Source: a virus. From it: a DNA stretch of 64,000 nucleotides. The DNA lies in IMG/VR virus record IMGVR_UViG_3300035187_002895, positions 5,480 to 69,479 of that record. One strand, 5' to 3'. The position numbers were made by a program, and so were the translations under genes. Of this stretch, positions 38,425 through 46,492 are shown one piece after another (position 1 is the first letter of the stretch; every line of letters begins with the position of its first letter). The notes under the pieces were generated by a model that saw nothing but the letters and a program-made list of their open reading frames with translations, did no database searches and was not told the DNA's origin.

Positions 38425-40650
38425 TCAGGCCCTCACCTTTCGCAAAAAAGTTCCCCTCGGAAACAAGTTCGTCCCTGCCTTCACCGTTGTGTTTGCGTAC
38501 AAAAACGGGTTGCTGTATTCGTTCGTGTTGAACTCGTAGAAATGGGCCATTATTGTGGCCATGGTGCTATCACTTTTCGTCCTGTTGGTTATGTCAAACA
38601 TCATGTTGTCATTGATGCTCTGAATGAAAGGATACCGTATCGGTTCCTCAACAATGTTGTAGGTGTGTTCCCCCAGGAAGATGCTGTCCCCCCGAAGGAA
38701 GTCATTGAAGTATGTGGCCCCTTTCCGAACCACATCGTTCCCCTGTCCTTCTATTCCGGTATAGATTCCCACCGTTTCCCATTGAACCTGTGTCGGGCTT
38801 GCTTCGTTCAGGATTTCGGCTTCCCGTAACAGGAACCCTCCATAGCCCCTTGCGCTGAAAAAGTTCTCCACGCTTATTGAGGCGTTATTTTCGATTACAA
38901 TAGGCATGGAGTAGTACACAGCTGCCATAAGCAATTGTTCCATGTCCATGTTCGGATCGGCAGACCGATGCGTAAAGGAAAGGAACACGGCAGGGGTGGG
39001 GAAATAATTCGGCAAATTGTTTCCTGTTGTGGCCCTCACTTTTCTGTTTTCGTCCTCGTATGCCTTGTTGTAGTAGAGTTTGCCCGTTATGGCCATTTTG
39101 GAGCCTTTCCCTTTGGTGCTGGCTTTTAGGTAGGGGTCCACTCCCAAACAACCAAGTTTGCCGTTTACAGGGCATTTTACGCCCCTCTTTATTTGCATCC
39201 TGTTTATGTAGGCAGCAGGAGGTTCCCATGTCCTTTGGACGGTCCCCTTGTTGTCCTCTTTCCATCCCACTACGGTTTTCTCCTTTGGGTCCATCCAATA
39301 GAAGTAGCCCGTCCTCACCATGTCCTGAACGGACTTTATGTCTGCCGTCCTCTTGAGGGACTGGAGAATGGATATGTCGAAAGGGCAATGTTCGTTCAGG
39401 CTATTGAATGCGTCCGAAGGGGTGAAGGGGTTCTGTCGCATTTCCTCTGCGTACAGGTCGTCAAGCCCCGCTTCAAGGAGTTGTTGCCTGTCCCTGCTGA
39501 GTTTGTCCCTGCTCCCTATCCTTTCGTCATGGCCGTGTTTCTGCATCCATTCCCATTGTTCGTCATCGGGGTATTCCACAATGTCGTTCCCGTAGGCATC
39601 CGTCCAACCGGGAAGGCCCATGTAGGCAGGAAGGAACAGGGCTATCAGTTTGTTGGTAGTGGTGGGGTACTTCCCGTTCTGTCGGGTGTCAAGGTTGGCC
39701 TGTTCGTAAAACCTGCGGAACTCCTCGCCTCCCTGGTCGCCCTCTTCCGTTGTGGTGGGAAAGAAAGCAAAGCCCCTTTTGCGGCCATTCACCATCAAGG
39801 CCCTCACCTGTTTGGCCCACCATTTGGTGATTTGAACCTGCACCCATTTACCGCCCTCATCGGCAAAGAGGCCGTTCAGACGCTTTCCATCCCATCCCCG
39901 TTTGGTTAGGGCACGGAGCCTTATGGAGCCTCCAAGGGCCTTGGAAATGCTCGTTGTTTTCTTCGTTTTGGATTGCCGTTCGGGCGGTTCCACAAGAAGG
40001 AGTTCGTTCTTGAGCATCCTGTGGGTGGGAATAAGCCACAAAGGAAGGGACATAACAGGCTTGGAAATGAGTTCGTCAAAGTTCTCATCAGCAAGTTTCT
40101 GGTCGGAAGAAGAAAGCCCTATGTTCTGCTTTTCGGCCCGTATGGCAAGCCAGAACATTATCAGGTGGCCCCAAGTGGAAAGCCCCTCCTGACGGCCTTT
40201 CAGGTAGATAACGCCCAGTTCCTTGTGGTGCTGGAAAACATTCCAACAGAAATGAAGGATTTTCCGTTGGCGGTCCCTGTATTCAAGAAAGCCGTCAGAA
40301 GTTTCAAGGGCGGGTTTCCAATAGTTCAGGCCGAGGTACATCCAAGGGTTTATCCAAGTGAGAACGCCCCTGATATACATCCATTGGCCCGTATGGAAGA
40401 TTTTCTTCACCTCCTCCTTAATGAACTGTTGCTGAAGGGGCGTGTAACGGATGGAGCCGTCATCGGCCCGTTGGCCCTGTTCTATGTTCATGTAGTCAGG
40501 GATGGGCGTTCTTGTGAACTTGGCCTTGGGGTTTCCGTATCCGGGAACGGATGTAAGGTCTTCGGGAATGGGCGGGGAAATGCACTCCAGATTCCATATC
40601 GTTTCTACGATACGGTTTTTAACAAGTTTCTGGTTTTCCTTTAGTAACAT
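38425..40650 (-). CDS. terL: Terminase large subunit
   Basis: LKGRQEGLST (ATPase Walker A variant), LFADEGGKW (Walker B), GVDPY nuclease motif; 741 aa, crAss-like type. Confidence 0.9.
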   Translation of the reverse strand: MLLKENQKLVKNRIVETIWNLECISPPIPEDLTSVPGYGNPKAKFTRTPIPDYMNIEQGQRADDGSIRYTPLQQQFIKEEVKKIFHTGQWMYIRGVLTWINPWMYLGLNYWKPALETSDGFLEYRDRQRKILHFCWNVFQHHKELGVIYLKGRQEGLSTWGHLIMFWLAIRAEKQNIGLSSSDQKLADENFDELISKPVMSLPLWLIPTHRMLKNELLLVEPPERQSKTKKTTSISKALGGSIRLRALTKRGWDGKRLNGLFADEGGKWVQVQITKWWAKQVRALMVNGRKRGFAFFPTTTEEGDQGGEEFRRFYEQANLDTRQNGKYPTTTNKLIALFLPAYMGLPGWTDAYGNDIVEYPDDEQWEWMQKHGHDERIGSRDKLSRDRQQLLEAGLDDLYAEEMRQNPFTPSDAFNSLNEHCPFDISILQSLKRTADIKSVQDMVRTGYFYWMDPKEKTVVGWKEDNKGTVQRTWEPPAAYINRMQIKRGVKCPVNGKLGCLGVDPYLKASTKGKGSKMAITGKLYYNKAYEDENRKVRATTGNNLPNYFPTPAVFLSFTHRSADPNMDMEQLLMAAVYYSMPIVIENNASISVENFFSARGYGGFLLREAEILNEASPTQVQWETVGIYTGIEGQGNDVVRKGATYFNDFLRGDSIFLGEHTYNIVEEPIRYPFIQSINDNMMFDITNRTKSDSTMATIMAHFYEFNTNEYSNPFLYANTTVKAGTNLFPRGTFLRKVRA

Positions 40651-40687
40651 TCTCCGTTTTTTTAAGGGTGTGTGTTTTGGGTAAATA

Positions 40688-40715
40688 GGCGCAATTATGC
40701 GACTATAAAGTAGTT
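40688..40715 (+). other. attI-like recombination site 1
   Basis: GGCGCAATTATGCGACTATAAAGTAG^TT, identical to 43666-43693; ends in the GTT core that begins the first cassette. Confidence 0.75.
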
Positions 40716-41487
40716 AGCCGCAATACAGAGAAACCCTGCCAACCGAAGTGGCGAAGTGTTCTGCATCTTTTTCAATTCCTATGAAATTGCGGTTTAACAT
40801 TTCACAGGCTAATCCTGATTTATTACTACCCATCGTAAAATCTAATACCGTTTGACCTTCCAATGAATAAGTGTTTACTATGTACTTACATAATTCAATA
40901 GGTTTTTCAGTTTTATGAAATGTCTTTCCTTCACTTTCGGCAGTCTTAAAATACTGAACGCTTCGTGGGTATCTTAGCCCATCACTTTTTACTTCAACTT
41001 GTTCAAAACTACCATACACATCATTTTCAGTTTGTTGTTTCCTTACACCTTTATTGTAGGCAGTTCCTTCTGTCATTTGTGGGTAATAAACAGGCGTTCC
41101 TTTGCAGAAAACAACAATATCTTCGTGTGCTACCATTGGTCGTTTCTTAGCGTTTAAGAAGCCTGTTGCCTTTGATTTTTCCCAAACCCAAGTATATTTA
41201 AACATCTTCGGGTTGCTCATTATTAGATTGCTTGTAAATGGTTGCTGTGAATGAAATACTATTGGTGCATTTTGTTTAGATAATCTATTTACTTGTTGCC
41301 ACATTTTTTCAAAGTCTATCACATTATCCCAACTGCATTGTGTAGTGCCAAATGGTAAATCACAATAAATTAAGTCAATACTATTGGATGTTAAAAGCGG
41401 TAAAACTTCAAGGCAATCACCCTGATAGAATGTACTGCGGCTAACATCGGTTTTGCAATAGTGGGGCTTTTGTGCTATATCAATCAT
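40714..41487 (-). CDS. DNA methyltransferase, N6A/N4C family (cassette-borne)
   Basis: GDCLE, DLPFG (DPPY variant), HKTEKP, VLDFTMGS, FIGIE. Starts inside the attC-like site; its stop TAA is the TTA of the core. Confidence 0.9.
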   Translation of the reverse strand: MIDIAQKPHYCKTDVSRSTFYQGDCLEVLPLLTSNSIDLIYCDLPFGTTQCSWDNVIDFEKMWQQVNRLSKQNAPIVFHSQQPFTSNLIMSNPKMFKYTWVWEKSKATGFLNAKKRPMVAHEDIVVFCKGTPVYYPQMTEGTAYNKGVRKQQTENDVYGSFEQVEVKSDGLRYPRSVQYFKTAESEGKTFHKTEKPIELCKYIVNTYSLEGQTVLDFTMGSNKSGLACEMLNRNFIGIEKDAEHFATSVGRVSLYCG

Positions 41488-41569
41488 TTGTAATTCTATT
41501 AAATATTAGTTGTGGGTTGAACATTTGTGCCTTGAAACCCCACCATCGCAAAGCCGTATTCCGTTAGCC
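41436..41569 (+). repeat. attC-like site 1
   Basis: TGCGGCTAAC-ATCGGTTTTGCAATAGTGGGG...CCCCACCATCGCAAAGCCG-TATTCC-GTTAGCC imperfect palindrome. Confidence 0.85.
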
Positions 41570-41570
41570 A

Positions 41571-41786
41571 CTATTGCTTCAATCTCCAAACTTGGTGTAG
41601 TGTATTATCACCTATCATTTCTGCTAAGTGTTTCTCGCAACAATGAGTGTAGTCTTCATAAGTTTTACCCTCTCCAATGTCTTGCACCTGAAATACGGCT
41701 TTGTCGTTACAATTAAGCTCGCAACAGTGCAATGACGGCTGGCTTTGTTCGTTCAATTGTGGTGTTTCAAATAACCTTTCCTGCAT
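41571..41786 (-). CDS. Small Cys/His protein (cassette remnant)
   Basis: 71 aa, CCELNC...HCCEKH possible Zn finger. Confidence 0.55.
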   Translation of the reverse strand: MQERLFETPQLNEQSQPSLHCCELNCNDKAVFQVQDIGEGKTYEDYTHCCEKHLAEMIGDNTLHQVWRLKQ

Positions 41787-41789
41787 ATT

Positions 41790-42215
41790 TCAATCCTTTC
41801 CTTTCCGTTTCTTTTTCAGGGCAAGCTTCAGGTCCTCCACGGCCTTCCGTAGAATCAATGTGCAATTTATAACTTTTTCCGAACTCTGTATCTTCGGGAG
41901 CCGTTTCTGTACCTTCACCAATGCCCTCGTAAGGGCCTGTGCCTCCGTCTTCATCTGGAACGCCTCATAGTCCCGTTCCAATGTGCTATTGGCCGCATAA
42001 GCGGGTAGGCCCCCCTTCCACAATGAACGGCCCGGATAGAAAAAGTTGGTTGGATGGACATACTCCTTCTTGACGGGTCCGAATTGGTGCATTACGGCAG
42101 ACAGGTCGTCATTGACGGCCACCACCTGCCACTTTGCCGTTACATACCGGCCTCTTACAAATATAAAATCGCCAGTCTTTATCATGTGCTTTCTCCGTGT
42201 TGGTTGTCGCTTCAT
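41790..42215 (-). CDS. Hypothetical protein
   Basis: 141-aa ORF with backbone-like composition. Confidence 0.55.
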   Translation of the reverse strand: MKRQPTRRKHMIKTGDFIFVRGRYVTAKWQVVAVNDDLSAVMHQFGPVKKEYVHPTNFFYPGRSLWKGGLPAYAANSTLERDYEAFQMKTEAQALTRALVKVQKRLPKIQSSEKVINCTLILRKAVEDLKLALKKKRKGKD

Positions 42216-42462
42216 GGATGTATTTAACTCGTTTTAAAATGTATTCCTTTTTCGTTTCCGCAAACAGGACAAACTCCCCCTTGTACACCCTCCTCAGATA
42301 CTGCCTGATTTCCATGTAGGTTTGGGTGCGGAAGTAATACTTGCTTACAGGAATGATGTGTCCCAAAGGAAGGGACTGTAGCCTGTCGGCAAATATTTTA
42401 CTCAGCAGTTTCGGGGGTTTCCTTCCCCTTGTTGCCCTTTCTTTCAACAGCCGGACTTTCAT
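42109..42462 (-). CDS. Hypothetical basic protein (possible DNA-binding)
   Basis: 117 aa with RGRKP motif; overlaps neighbours. Confidence 0.45.
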   Translation of the reverse strand: MKVRLLKERATRGRKPPKLLSKIFADRLQSLPLGHIIPVSKYYFRTQTYMEIRQYLRRVYKGEFVLFAETKKEYILKRVKYIHEATTNTEKAHDKDWRFYICKRPVCNGKVAGGGRQ

Positions 42463-42964
42463 GTTTTATTTCCCGTAATGCAGCTTCCAAAGCCCCTTCA
42501 CCAAAATCACTTTCCAGTTTTCCGGTATTGAAGTCGGCCTCGGCCTTTTCATTTTTCTTAAACAAATCTTCTGCCATTCTTTTGATTTCGTCCATGACAG
42601 GCTTTAACTTTAGGCTATTCTCAATCTTAACCTTGTAAGAGGAGTTTTCGTTTGGCCTTCCGTCAGGTTCAGGAGTGCGGATGGATTCGCAGACATTGTG
42701 GTACATTCTCACCATGGACCAATAGGCTTCGGCCTTTATGTTGAGGGCAAAGTGTTCCCTGCTCCCAATCAAAAGGACCTCATCAGGAAGGGAAAACCCC
42801 ACCCTACGGGTTGTTTCGGCCACCCTTCCCTCCCATGTGAGGCTCAGGGGAATCGTGTCGCTGTACACCAACTCCACCCACTCTTTTTGCCTTTCGGTAA
42901 GTTTTATTGTGGGCAGAGAGGATGTACTTAATTCCTCTGAAGGTTGTTTCTTTGACTTCGCCAT
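42398..42964 (-). CDS. Hypothetical protein (candidate terminase small subunit)
   Basis: 188-aa helical protein upstream of terL; candidate by position only. Confidence 0.45.
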   Translation of the reverse strand: MAKSKKQPSEELSTSSLPTIKLTERQKEWVELVYSDTIPLSLTWEGRVAETTRRVGFSLPDEVLLIGSREHFALNIKAEAYWSMVRMYHNVCESIRTPEPDGRPNENSSYKVKIENSLKLKPVMDEIKRMAEDLFKKNEKAEADFNTGKLESDFGEGALEAALREIKHESPAVERKGNKGKETPETAE

Positions 42965-43229
42965 TTTGAATTTGTTCTAAAAGTTGTTCGATTAGGTCCA
43001 CCAGGGGAGGAACCATTCCGATTATGTAGCTGTCCTGTTCGCTATGGATTCCGGTGGCTACAAGAAAGTTGCCCCCTCTAACATAGATTTCATAGCATTT
43101 AAGGTGGTTGTTAAAAACTCTTCTCCAGCAATCCTTGGATGGCGGAAGACAATCCACTCTTTCCGGCCTTTTTTTGGGGCTATCCTTGGTTTGGCCCGTG
43201 TCCTGCTGATCCGTTGGGTTAGTTTCCAT
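42804..43229 (-). CDS. Hypothetical protein
   Basis: 141-aa ORF with A-rich start context. Confidence 0.45.
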   Translation of the reverse strand: METNPTDQQDTGQTKDSPKKRPERVDCLPPSKDCWRRVFNNHLKCYEIYVRGGNFLVATGIHSEQDSYIIGMVPPLVDLIEQLLEQIQNGEVKETTFRGIKYILSAHNKTYRKAKRVGGVGVQRHDSPEPHMGGKGGRNNP

Positions 43230-43351
43230 GATTTTTTAAGGTCTGTTTTTCGTGCCTTTGGGAAGCGTTGGATTCCTGTTTGCATAAATTCCCCGAAGGA
43301 ATAAAACCGAAGCCGTCCTGTGTCCCGTGTCCATTTTTCTGTACCGTCCAT
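43058..43351 (-). CDS. Hypothetical protein
   Basis: 97 aa, TAATG coupling to the upstream gene. Confidence 0.4.
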   Translation of the reverse strand: MDGTEKWTRDTGRLRFYSFGEFMQTGIQRFPKARKTDLKKSWKLTQRISRTRAKPRIAPKKGRKEWIVFRHPRIAGEEFLTTTLNAMKSMLEGATFL

Positions 43352-43629
43352 TATTCATTCAGGAGCGTTTCATACATTTCCAGAAGTGTTTCTGCCTTTA
43401 GAAATTCTGAACTATAGGCAAGGGAGAACCAATTGGGGCAATCTGGAAGGGTTTGGTCCCAATTCCATTTGGTTTTGAGTTGTTCAAAGATTTCCCTTGC
43501 TTTCGGAGGTTCTTCAAAGTCTAATGCGGTAAACAGACGGGAAAGGTCTGATTGCATTTCTTTTTCCTTTCTCACCCAGTAAAGGGACTTCACCTGAAAG
43601 TAGAATGGTATTAATTTGGTTATGTTCAT
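43351..43629 (-). CDS. Hypothetical protein
   Basis: 92-aa ORF beginning just beyond attI-like site 2. Confidence 0.55.
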   Translation of the reverse strand: MNITKLIPFYFQVKSLYWVRKEKEMQSDLSRLFTALDFEEPPKAREIFEQLKTKWNWDQTLPDCPNWFSLAYSSEFLKAETLLEMYETLLNE

Positions 43630-43665
43630 TTCGATTTTGTTTTTGTTTCGCTTTTTGGTCGTGTT

Positions 43666-43693
43666 GGCGCAATTATGCGACTATAAAGTAGTT
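43666..43693 (+). other. attI-like recombination site 2
   Basis: GGCGCAATTATGCGACTATAAAGTAG^TT, 28/28 identical to site 1. Confidence 0.75.
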
Positions 43694-43710
43694 ATAAAAC
43701 ATTAAAACGA

Positions 43711-43859
43711 TTTTATAACAAAGTATATAAGTAATGTTTGGGTTGGTTTACCAATCTAATAACCTTCCAGTAATTAACCACCTCATTCATTAGTAGGGTG
43801 CAAGGTGTTCTCTAAACACGAACCACCCAAACACATACTTATATACTCAATCGTTAGCG
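43711..43859 (+). repeat. attC-like site 2
   Basis: TTTTATAAC-AAAGTATATAAGTAATGTTTGGGT...ACCCAAACACATACTTATATACT-CAATC-GTTAGCG. Confidence 0.85.
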
Positions 43860-44312
43860 GTAATTTAAGACAGAGAACGTGCCAACCTTTGCCTTCTCCC
43901 CGAAAATGATAATACACATCGGCAACCAAAGTCCACGTTCTTCATCATTAAAATTTACCTCGCCATTGATAAAACGAATTTCTGCTTTTACACAAACTTC
44001 CGCCCACCATTTTGTATTGCTTCTTACAGGTATTAAACAAACTTTCGTTCCTCCAAACCTTTCAGCATCATTACACGCTTTTTTTACCCACTTATTCAAA
44101 TCTCTGCTAAATGGTGGGTTCATCCAACAATTACCTTCCCAATTCATAGCAAGTGAATTATCTTCCTTTGTCCAATATTCGGGCAGTTTGTAGTTTAATG
44201 CACTTGCACAAACATCTCTTGTTAAGCCAAATTCGTTTATCAATGGCTGTACTATTTTAAGCGGAGTACTATACTCAACGCTATTACTTTCTCCTACTAC
44301 TTGTGTTCCCAT
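43854..44312 (-). CDS. Phage N6-adenine methyltransferase (Dam-like, PF05869-type), cassette-borne
   Basis: YSTP...DVCAS...WMNPPFS...LIPVRSNTKWW...IRFINGEVNF; stop codon lies in the GTTA core. Confidence 0.85.
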   Translation of the reverse strand: MGTQVVGESNSVEYSTPLKIVQPLINEFGLTRDVCASALNYKLPEYWTKEDNSLAMNWEGNCWMNPPFSRDLNKWVKKACNDAERFGGTKVCLIPVRSNTKWWAEVCVKAEIRFINGEVNFNDEERGLWLPMCIIIFGEKAKVGTFSVLNYR

Positions 44313-44342
44313 ATTTTAAATTTTAATTTCTGAATAATAAAC

Positions 44343-44479
44343 TACCGCTAACACGGGTTTTGCGTCAGCAGGGGTTTCGTTTTTTAATTCAGCTTTTTTT
44401 CATTCTATTAAACTTTAGTTGTTAATTAATCATTTGTGCTTCTAAGCCCTGCCGAACGCAAAGCCCGAAACCGTTACCT
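44343..44479 (+). repeat. attC-like site 3
   Basis: TACCGCTAAC-ACGGGTTTTGCGTCAGCAGGG...CCCTGCCGAACGCAAAGCCCG-AAACC-GTTACCT. Confidence 0.85.
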
Positions 44480-44485
44480 GCAAGG

Positions 44486-44698
44486 CTACGATTGACGTTC
44501 CAAATCAGGCGAAGGCTCACACTTTGTATCGGGCATTTGATTAAAAACTTGTTTAATTGTGCTTACATCATATCCATCGAGTTCCAATGCTAATTCAAGT
44601 GCATTTCTAACTGCATACGGATAATAGCAAGTTTTTAAATCAATGGTTACAATTGGTGTTTGCCTTTCGTCTTGGTTTCTTTCTACAATAATTTTCAT
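44486..44698 (-). CDS. Hypothetical protein (cassette-borne)
   Basis: 70-aa ORF filling the cassette. Confidence 0.6.
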   Translation of the reverse strand: MKIIVERNQDERQTPIVTIDLKTCYYPYAVRNALELALELDGYDVSTIKQVFNQMPDTKCEPSPDLERQS

Positions 44699-44736
44699 TT
44701 CGTTTTTAAATTAAATTCCTACTGATAAACCGCCCA

Positions 44737-44825
44737 GCAGGTAACAGCGGTTTGGCAAAAGCTGCCATTGAAATTTTTGCAAAAATTGAGCATCCGTTAT
44801 GCAGCCTTCGCCAAGCCGAGAACCA
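44737..44825 (+). repeat. attC-like site 4 (right core lost)
   Basis: GCAGGTAAC-AGCGGTTTGGCAAAAGCTGC...GCAGCCTTCGCCAAGCCG-AGAACC, then ATC where GTT is expected. Confidence 0.8.
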
Positions 44826-45098
44826 TCATCCCTTCCATATCACAAGGTGTTTAGGGCCGTTTTCAGAGGCCAAATGAAAATCATACCGGAAACGACCCTT
44901 CACCCCGTTCAGCTTCCGCCATCGGGCAAAAGTGGACCTCACCGTGTCGTATTGGTCCCTTCCCACTCCCAACAGAACCACATAGGTTACATTCGGATGC
45001 AGAAAGTTCGTGTAGTCGTATGTCAAAGGACGGCCCCGCCCGTCTGACTTGGGAAACAATGGGGCCTCCGTTTTCTTCTTCTTCTTCTTCGTTTTCAT
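44826..45098 (-). CDS. Hypothetical basic protein (possible DNA-binding)
   Basis: 90 aa, poly-Lys and GRGRP motif. Confidence 0.55.
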   Translation of the reverse strand: MKTKKKKKKTEAPLFPKSDGRGRPLTYDYTNFLHPNVTYVVLLGVGRDQYDTVRSTFARWRKLNGVKGRFRYDFHLASENGPKHLVIWKG

Positions 45099-45733
45099 TT
45101 CCGTCTTCGTTTCACATATCCCATCCGTTCCGCATCAGGGCCGTGAGCCAGCACCATCCTTCTGCGAACCAAAAAGCCTCCGTCCCATCCCACACGAACA
45201 TTGGATTCGTCCCCCCAAAAGAGAACGGTGTTTTCGGGGAAGTGTTCGTTCTGTCCCGATACCACTCCCCTATCGGTGTAGAACTCCCGTATCTTTTCCA
45301 CGGGCTTTTGGAGGGTGTCGTAACTTATCAATTCCACATTGGGAAGAATCAGGCCCGATTTGGACCGGGCCGTTTGTATGGGCTTGCAATAAATGTACTC
45401 CCCCACCATTCGGTCCCCAACGCTTATGATGCTCTGAGGAAGCACAAGAAGGTGTCCGTTTATCTTCGGGGTGTTTCCCTTGTAAGTGGAATGGGCCTCC
45501 GAAAACCAAAACCGAACCTTTTCCCCCACAATGGGGGTGTTCAGTTCGTCCTTGAGCGGGGCCTTTACCACCGTTCCCTCCTCGCATAACCCGTTCGTTT
45601 CGTTGTATATATTGGAAGGGGCATGGAGCAAAAGGGTTCCGTGCTGTATGGTTTCCTCGTAAATGCCACGGATGGCAACAAGGTATTCCCTGATGGGTTG
45701 GAGGTTGGGGGTATATTCCGTTACGAAAGCCAT
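45095..45733 (-). CDS. Tandem GroES-like domain protein
   Basis: Two GroES-like halves (LQPIREYLV...EGTVVKAP...VGEKV; EYIYCKPI...KSGLILP...RGVV). Confidence 0.6.
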   Translation of the reverse strand: MAFVTEYTPNLQPIREYLVAIRGIYEETIQHGTLLLHAPSNIYNETNGLCEEGTVVKAPLKDELNTPIVGEKVRFWFSEAHSTYKGNTPKINGHLLVLPQSIISVGDRMVGEYIYCKPIQTARSKSGLILPNVELISYDTLQKPVEKIREFYTDRGVVSGQNEHFPENTVLFWGDESNVRVGWDGGFLVRRRMVLAHGPDAERMGYVKRRRK

Positions 45734-46023
45734 TACAACAGGATGCAGTGAATGTCGTGTTCCCGAAGGATGAGGTATTCCACCTTGTCAAATTCCACCC
45801 TTGTTCCGGCCCCTTTTGTGTAAAGGACCTTTTGGCTGTGTTTGATTATTTCGCATTTGTTTCCTACACAAATCACTTCTCCTTGGGGAGGGGATTCCTT
45901 TGCGGTATCGGGAATGATAAGGGTTCCTTTTTCGTCATAGAAATCAGCGGGTTTGTCAGGAAGCACAAGTACCCTTGTGTCCACCATCACTACATTGGGA
46001 TGTTTCATTTTTTGTTTTTGCAT
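45733..46023 (-). CDS. groES: Co-chaperonin GroES
   Basis: RVLVLP...GTLIIPDTAKESPPQGEVICVG...KVLYTKGAGTRV...EYLILREHDI. Confidence 0.9.
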   Translation of the reverse strand: MQKQKMKHPNVVMVDTRVLVLPDKPADFYDEKGTLIIPDTAKESPPQGEVICVGNKCEIIKHSQKVLYTKGAGTRVEFDKVEYLILREHDIHCILL

Positions 46024-46030
46024 TAGCGCA

Positions 46031-46060
46031 CAAATGTAAAGGGATTATTTCACAATCAAA
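46031..46060 (-). promoter_or_regulatory. Bacteroidota-type promoter for groES
   Basis: Minus strand TTTG-N18-TACATTTG. Confidence 0.55.
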
Positions 46061-46109
46061 ACAAAAAAAATTCAGGCTTTATTTTCCGGTTTCGCTTTGC
46101 TGGCAAATA

Positions 46110-46137
46110 GGCGCAATTGTTCGCATACAGCGTAGTT
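46110..46137 (+). other. attI-like recombination site 3 (variant)
   Basis: GGCGCAATT-GTTCGCATACAGC-GTAG^TT: same first 9 bp, same length and same GTAGTT end as sites 1 and 2. Confidence 0.7.
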
Positions 46138-46142
46138 ATGTG

Positions 46143-46370
46143 TCATTTTAGACGAGCATACCATTTCAATCTATCATCATTACCAATTTCAACCAATTCA
46201 AATTTAACCGTTCTGTTTTCTAAGATAGCCCAAGGATGAAAATTAAAACTCAAAGGGTCTATTGGTAATTCACCATTTCTATTACCAGTTAAATTTGAAT
46301 TATCGCACTTTACAACCCAATAAGGTTCAATGTTGAAATTGGTTGATTTAATTAAAGTTCCTGTTTCCAT
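46143..46370 (-). CDS. Hypothetical protein (cassette-borne)
   Basis: ORF 46143..46469; likely start METG at 46370, since the longer form reads through the attC-like site. Confidence 0.55.
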   Translation of the reverse strand: METGTLIKSTNFNIEPYWVVKCDNSNLTGNRNGELPIDPLSFNFHPWAILENRTVKFELVEIGNDDRLKWYARLK

Positions 46371-46389
46371 ATTTATTTGAATTAAAAAC

Positions 46390-46486
46390 GACACATAACA
46401 AAGTGTATAAGAAAGTTTGCTATAAAGTTTAGTGCTAATTTGAAAGTTTCTACAAGCAAACCTTCTCATACACCCAGTCGTTATAG
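46390..46486 (+). repeat. attC-like site 5
   Basis: GACACATAAC-AAAGTGTATAAGAAAGTTTGCT...AGCAAACCTTCTCATACAC-CCAGTC-GTTATAG. Confidence 0.85.
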
Positions 46487-46492
46487 GTAAGG

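Larger units (their letters stand above)
40714..41786 (+). mobile_element. Integron-like cassette array 1 (complete cassette 40714-41563 plus an attC-less cassette from 41564)
   Basis: GTTAGCCGCA at 40713 is the exact reverse complement of TGCGGCTAAC at 41436-41445; AT-rich relative to the backbone. Confidence 0.8.
43692..44825 (+). mobile_element. Integron-like cassette array 2 (cassettes 43692-43853, 43854-44473, 44474-44825)
   Basis: Start/end core pairs GTTATAAAA/TTTTATAAC, GTTAGCGGTA/TACCGCTAAC, GTTACCTGC/GCAGGTAAC. Confidence 0.85.

Noticed and set aside
46119-46145. Xer dif site (TGTTCGCATAC-AGCGTAG-TTATGTGTCAT)
   Set aside because: Partial resemblance only. The spacer is 7 bp, the right arm belongs to the cassette, and the other two platforms do not match. 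A shared tyrosine-recombinase ancestry is possible but unsupported.
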